Origin: Candidatus Gastranaerophilales bacterium
GTDB lineage: Bacteria > Cyanobacteriota > Vampirovibrionia > Gastranaerophilales > JAQUYY01
Length of the DNA: 29,871 bases
Reading direction: 5' to 3'
Assembly: GCA_028691575.1 (NCBI GenBank)
Contig: JAQUYY010000001.1
Span: 1 to 29,871, forward strand
Part shown: positions 25,827-29,871 of the stretch, in pieces
Numbering within the stretch: the stretch's first letter is position 1
Layout of the letters: every line of letters starts with the position of its first letter
Made by a program: the position numbers and the translations under genes
Notes under the pieces: model-generated
What the model was told of the DNA's origin: nothing
The model's input: only the letters and a program-made list of their open reading frames with translations
Databases searched by the model: none

Positions 25827-26501
25827 TTATTTAATTGCTCCTGAGTTAATTAATTCTTTTACTCTTTCCTTAATTTGATTGTGAATTGTATTAATAGTCA
25901 AATTTCCATCAATAGTTATAAAATTAAATTCATGAGCCATTTTTGAATATTCTTCTAAAATTCTTGCTTGATAAATTTTAAAACTTTTATAAAAATCTGT
26001 ACTTAGTCCGATGTCTCTTCCTGATTCATAATAATCCAGTCCTGTTGTGGCAATAATTCTTTTCATCAATGCTTTTACAGGCATATCTAAATAAAAAACA
26101 ATATCGGGAGTCGGTGCAAAATTGTACAAATTTCTTACCCATCCGGGTTTTACCCCTCTTACAACGTCTCTTGCATAGGCAGTATAAGTATATCTATCCA
26201 TTAAAACAATCAAACCCGCTTTAAGTGCCGGGATTATATTTTTTTCAAGCCTATCGGTAAAATCACTGGCGTACAAAAGGCTAAAAGTGTTGGCATTTAA
26301 TAAATTCTTTTCTTTTGCCTGATCAATAGCGCCTGAAATAAGTGCAGAAGTTTTCCATTCGCTAACCATTGCACCGTAACTTTCAACAGCAAGCCAATCT
26401 TTTAATTTATTAATTTGAGTGGATTTTCCAGAACCGTCTGTGCCTTCAATTACAATTAACAATCCGGGATATTCATGTTTTTTTGTATAATTGTTTGTCA
26501 T
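25827..26501 (-). CDS. Thymidylate-kinase-like P-loop kinase, subunit 2 of a tandem pair
   Basis: EGTDGSGKST, SEWKTS, DRYTYTAYARDVVRG, YESGRD. Confidence 0.85.
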   Translation of the reverse strand: MTNNYTKKHEYPGLLIVIEGTDGSGKSTQINKLKDWLAVESYGAMVSEWKTSALISGAIDQAKEKNLLNANTFSLLYASDFTDRLEKNIIPALKAGLIVLMDRYTYTAYARDVVRGVKPGWVRNLYNFAPTPDIVFYLDMPVKALMKRIIATTGLDYYESGRDIGLSTDFYKSFKIYQARILEEYSKMAHEFNFITIDGNLTINTIHNQIKERVKELINSGAIK

Positions 26502-27173
26502 TTATATACTGCACCCTTTTTCTTCAAGTTTTTTTCTTACGATATCTCTAAAAATTACCTGCTGCTCATGTACTGTATTTGTTGCATCTATTTTTATAAG
26601 ATTATATTCATCAACCATTTTATCGTATTCTTCTATAACTCTGTTTTGAAAAATTTTATAACTTTCATATGGATCGGGATTTAAATTTAAGTCCATGCCT
26701 GATTCATAGAATTTTGGCTGTCTGTTAGAACAAATTCTTTCTAAAGAAACTTCAACCGGAACACTAAAATACATTGATAAATCAGGTTTTATGGCAAACC
26801 CGTAAGTATTTCTTACCCATTCAGGCTGAACTCCTCTTGCAACATCTCTTGCAAAAGCAGTAAAAGCATATCTGTCAGACAAAACAATAAATCCGGCTTT
26901 TAGAGCAGGTACAATAACCTGTTCTAACCTATCAGCAAAATCTACGGCATGAAGAAGGCTAAAAGTTCTCGGGCTAAGCATATTTTTCTTTTTAGCTCTT
27001 TTGGTTGTTTGAGAAATCAGCTTAGAAGAATTCCATTCTGTAAAAATAACATCTTGCCCGATATTCTGAAGCCAATCTCTTAATATAGCAAGCTGAGTTG
27101 ACTTGCCGGAGCCGTCAATTCCTTCAACCACTATTAATGTGCCGGGTAAGTCATGATTTTGGTTTAAACGCAT
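26502..27173 (-). CDS. Thymidylate-kinase-like P-loop kinase, subunit 1 of a tandem pair
   Basis: EGIDGSGKST, TEWNSS, DRYAFTAFARDVARG, YESGMD; TAA-ATG junction with the next gene (0-bp gap). Confidence 0.85.
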   Translation of the reverse strand: MRLNQNHDLPGTLIVVEGIDGSGKSTQLAILRDWLQNIGQDVIFTEWNSSKLISQTTKRAKKKNMLSPRTFSLLHAVDFADRLEQVIVPALKAGFIVLSDRYAFTAFARDVARGVQPEWVRNTYGFAIKPDLSMYFSVPVEVSLERICSNRQPKFYESGMDLNLNPDPYESYKIFQNRVIEEYDKMVDEYNLIKIDATNTVHEQQVIFRDIVRKKLEEKGCSI

Positions 27174-27252
27174 TTTTTTGTCCGTTTTTTAAATAAAATT
27201 CTTTAATTTATTTTACTACAAAAATTTGATTTCAAGAGCTTAGTATATTTAA

Positions 27253-27261
27253 ATTATATCA
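27253..27261 (-). promoter_or_regulatory. Extended -10 promoter candidate for the kinase pair
   Basis: TG-A-TATAAT on the minus strand, about 80 nt upstream of the ATG. Confidence 0.45.
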
Positions 27262-27344
27262 AAATATTTGTATTTATTGGTTTTTCATTTCTTTTTCTAC
27301 ATAAAACCTGAATTTAAAAATTTCTTTGTATTCTTGGTGTTTCT

Positions 27345-27407
27345 GTTCATTTTCTTTCTTTTTACCTACTAACAAAAAGAAAGAAAACGAACCAAAAGAA
27401 AGAAAAA
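27345..27407. repeat. Hairpin plus perfect 14-nt purine mirror repeat
   Basis: Y tract 27350-27363 is the reverse complement of R1 27374-27387; R2 27394-27407 is the exact mirror of R1. Confidence 0.85.
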
Positions 27408-27434
27408 CCCAGTAAATCTCTCTATCGTGGTTAA

Positions 27435-27483
27435 ATTAAAGCCTTTAAGCCTTGACGGCTCTACTATTGCCAAAGGCTTTAAT
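27435..27483. repeat. 12-bp perfect inverted repeat with an inner hairpin
   Basis: ATTAAAGCCTTT ... AAAGGCTTTAAT enclosing AGCC-ttgac-GGCT. Confidence 0.7.
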
Positions 27484-27516
27484 GAGTTGAATTACAACTT
27501 AAAATTTATTAATAAA

Positions 27517-28413
27517 TCAATACCCTGTTCTTACAACTTTTGTAGGCACAATCAAAACAGGCAAATGTGAATTGTCCAAAATCCTTTTACTTACGCTTCC
27601 TATTATAAAATCGGCAACGCCTTCTCTGCCATGCGATCCCATCACTATTAAATCAAAATAATTTTCATCAATAAAATTCAAAATAACATCCGCTGCATTT
27701 CCTTGCAAAGAAAGCATATTTGCAGGACTTAAATTATATTTTGATAAAATATCCTGAGATTTTGATAAAATTTCTAAAGCCAATTCTTCCTGTTTTTCAA
27801 TACATGCTTCAAGCCACTCGTTATCAAGAGAAATTTCTAACGGTAGAGTTTCCATTCCTGCTTTTACGGTCAATAATTCTATTTTAAAATCACTTAAATC
27901 AAACATTTCAAAAGTTTTTTCAATTGCATTATAAGAACAGGATGAACCGTCAACTGCAAAAAGAACTTTATGGGCAAATTTTTTCTTTTCCTTAGGCGGT
28001 TTAGCAACAAAAGTCGAAATCGGCGATTTCATAACGACTTTTCTGCTGACACTGCCAAGCCAATTTCGTACACCTTTTTTGCCATGCGAACCTAAAATGA
28101 CAAAATCATATATTCTGTCATTTATTAAATTTATAATTGCTTGTGCAGGCTGTGCCGTTGTAAATTCGGATTTGTTAACCTTGAAACCTTTATTAATAAT
28201 GATTTTTTCGGCTTTTTTTAAAATGTTTTCAGCTGTTTTTTTTCTTTCTTCAATAAATTTTTCTTCTGATGGAGCTGCAATCTGCGGAAAAAAAAATCCT
28301 TCCTCAATTACATAAAAAATATCAATAAAAGTTTTTTTATCTAAAAAATATAACGCCTGTTTTATGGCATAAATAGAAGCGTCCGAGCCATCCGTACAAA
28401 ATAAAACTTTCAT
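27517..28413 (-). CDS. Universal stress protein with tandem USP domains
   Basis: VLFCTDGSDAS...VILGSHGKKG...LGSVSRKVV and VLFAVDGSSCS...IVMGSHGREG...IGSVSKRIL. Confidence 0.93.
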   Translation of the reverse strand: MKVLFCTDGSDASIYAIKQALYFLDKKTFIDIFYVIEEGFFFPQIAAPSEEKFIEERKKTAENILKKAEKIIINKGFKVNKSEFTTAQPAQAIINLINDRIYDFVILGSHGKKGVRNWLGSVSRKVVMKSPISTFVAKPPKEKKKFAHKVLFAVDGSSCSYNAIEKTFEMFDLSDFKIELLTVKAGMETLPLEISLDNEWLEACIEKQEELALEILSKSQDILSKYNLSPANMLSLQGNAADVILNFIDENYFDLIVMGSHGREGVADFIIGSVSKRILDNSHLPVLIVPTKVVRTGY

Positions 28414-28541
28414 AAAAAGCCCTCTTTTTGTTTTATCTTAAATATTTTACTATTTTAATTTTTATTACTTAATCCCTTGTTGTTTAATTTTTGGAATAAA
28501 AGATTTGAAAATTTTCAAATTTCCTAAAAAACAAACAAGAC

Positions 28542-28570
28542 TTGAATTTAAACTTTCTGTGTGTTAACAT
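28542..28570 (+). promoter_or_regulatory. sigma70 promoter of rpsU
   Basis: TTGAAT, N17, TAACAT with a TG extension. Confidence 0.6.
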
Positions 28571-28608
28571 GCGAAAATAATAATAGAAAACAAACCCGAA
28601 GGGAGGTT

Positions 28609-28788
28609 ATGAACTTGGCAGAAGTACGTGTTGGCGAAAACGAAAACATTGAAAGTGCGCTAAAACGCTTTAAGAAAAAAATTCAAAAAGCCGGCATTTT
28701 ATCTGAAATCAAACGCCGTGAACGCTACGAAAAGCCTAGCGTTAAGAAAAAACGCAAAGCTGAAGCAGCAAGAAAAAGACGTTCATAA
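28609..28788 (+). CDS. rpsU: 30S ribosomal protein S21 (start ATG 28609)
   Basis: GGGAGG SD; [40 protein letters not shown]. Confidence 0.96.
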   Translation: MNLAEVRVGENENIESALKRFKKKIQKAGILSEIKRRERYEKPSVKKKRKAEAARKRRS

Positions 28789-28813
28789 TTGCTCTTTTTT
28801 ATAAATTATTTTA

Positions 28814-28840
28814 AAAAACCGCTCAATATGGGCGGTTTTT
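28814..28840. terminator. Bidirectional intrinsic terminator between rpsU and pilin E
   Basis: AAAAACCGCTC-aatat-GGGCGGTTTTT. Confidence 0.85.
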
Positions 28841-28851
28841 GTATTCTGAAA

Positions 28852-29583
28852 TTATCGATTTGTAATCCAGGAAGTATTATAGCAAGGCGGACTCATGCAC
28901 CTTGAATACGCAGTATTAATTACAGTATTAAAATCAGGCTGAGGCAATATTTTAATTTGATCGCCAATAACACACGACGAGTCATCTGCAAAACCTAAAA
29001 CGCTATAATCACCTATGTTACAGTTTTTTGTAACAGTTTGCAGAAAAAATCTGTCTTTACCGTACTTATTAGGTTTTTTTAAACCGTTTGTATCGAGAAA
29101 TATTCCATCATTAGCAACAAAAGCAGGATGCATCAATGCCCAACTTCTGCCGGCATTATCTATAAATCCCGGCCAATCACTTGTAGGAGCTCCCCCATGT
29201 TCATGCACTCCATCATAAAGGAAACCTTCATAAATATCTCCGCCGCTGGAATCCCAACATTCTGATAAACTAGAATCTCCTGTATTAATATTGCACGTTT
29301 TTATAACATTAAATTTATTTGCAAAATTTATAAAATTACTTTCTGCTGAAGTCATTGAACCAGTCACAGAAGTTATGCCAATAAGATCTCTATCGGTAAC
29401 TACTTGCATCCAGGCAATTGATGCATCGGCATAAGCTTTTTTATAGGCTGCTTTATATTCTGCATCATTTGTTGAACCAAATAACATTGGCGTAACAATT
29501 GATGCAATTATTCCAATTATTGCAATTACAATTAATGTTTCAGCTAATGTAAAGGCTGATTTTTTCATTTCAAACATTTCCAA
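28852..29583 (-). CDS. Type IV pilin-like protein, paralogue E (start could instead be ATG 29577 or 29568)
   Basis: MKKSA|FTLAETLIVIAIIGIIASIVTPMLFG; DTNGLKKPNKYGKDRF. Confidence 0.87.
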   Translation of the reverse strand: MEMFEMKKSAFTLAETLIVIAIIGIIASIVTPMLFGSTNDAEYKAAYKKAYADASIAWMQVVTDRDLIGITSVTGSMTSAESNFINFANKFNVIKTCNINTGDSSLSECWDSSGGDIYEGFLYDGVHEHGGAPTSDWPGFIDNAGRSWALMHPAFVANDGIFLDTNGLKKPNKYGKDRFFLQTVTKNCNIGDYSVLGFADDSSCVIGDQIKILPQPDFNTVINTAYSRCMSPPCYNTSWITNR

Positions 29584-29600
29584 TTTTTCTTACAAAACGT

Positions 29601-29629
29601 ATTATAAGTTAAATTTTAAATAATATCAA
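29601..29629 (-). promoter_or_regulatory. sigma70 promoter of pilin E
   Basis: TTGATA-N17-TATAAT; shares ATTGATATTATTT with the pilin D promoter. Confidence 0.65.
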
Positions 29630-29656
29630 TCAATTATTGAAATTCCAATTTATTAC

Positions 29657-29682
29657 AAAAAAAATGGCCCTTGGAGGAGCCA
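29657..29682 (-). terminator. Weak minus-strand terminator upstream of the pilin E promoter
   Basis: TGGC-t-CCT-cca-AGG-GCCA followed by 8 T. Confidence 0.4.
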
Positions 29683-29871
29683 ATAGTTTTTAATTATAAG
29701 AAGAGAGAGCTTTATACTGTATTAAAGTATTTTTTTCTCAAATAATTGCTTTTTTTTATTAAATAGTTAAGTAATATTAAAAAAAACTTTAAAATAATCT
29801 TTGGTTATTGTATAAAGGTATATACCATGCAATTATTTTGTGTGATAATGAGTTAAATTGATAAAATCCGG

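Noticed and set aside
1876-29218. Short antisense or nested ORFs in the track (e.g. 1876-2205, 3070-3279, 4789-5037, 6087-6332, 8259-8519, 12697-12891, 13572-13829, 19442-19750, 22869-23129, 28079-28315, 29015-29218)
   Set aside because: They are shadow frames opposite or inside well-supported genes, with no motifs or SD.
4899-29583. Neisseria-type silent pilin cassettes (pilS)
   Set aside because: All five copies have complete signal peptides, and four have recognisable promoters of their own (A follows B by 17 bp with an SD).
1-29871. CRISPR array, rRNA, group II intron, or an intein in DnaB
   Set aside because: No regularly spaced repeats or rRNA-like sequence were seen, and DnaB is of normal length (451 aa) with contiguous motifs.

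Overview
A low-GC bacterial chromosomal window, most consistent with a non-photosynthetic Cyanobacteria relative (Melainabacteria/Gastranaerophilales-like). This is an inference from the tmRNA tag, the cyanobacterial-like housekeeping genes and the FTLAE-pilin expansion. The housekeeping backbone is leuA, xerD, HIT, rqcH/NFACT, DUF378, tRNA-Leu(CAA), tmRNA, crcB, a formyltransferase, NUDIX, Cof-HAD, minCDE, dnaB, rimO, yajQ, a USP and rpsU. Five type IV pilin-like paralogues with an invariant 26-aa N-terminal helix are interspersed. A decayed prophage-like island sits at the tmRNA 3' end: a large serine recombinase reading antisense into the tmRNA, a SWIM protein, XRE regulators, a cI/cro-like switch, a portal fragment, a fragment of a sibling recombinase and an IS5-family remnant. 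Best leads: (1) a tandem thymidylate-kinase-like pair that may be a heteromeric PPK3-type polyphosphate kinase; (2) a recombinase whose C-terminus overlaps the tmRNA and also encodes its terminator; (3) the pilin repertoire, with a possible gene-conversion tract; (4) a soluble FlhA-C-like protein; (5) a rod-like candidate RNA sharing a 41-bp core with an element next to a pilin gene; (6) a perfect mirror-repeat/hairpin element able to form a triplex. All calls come from reading the sequence; no searches were run.
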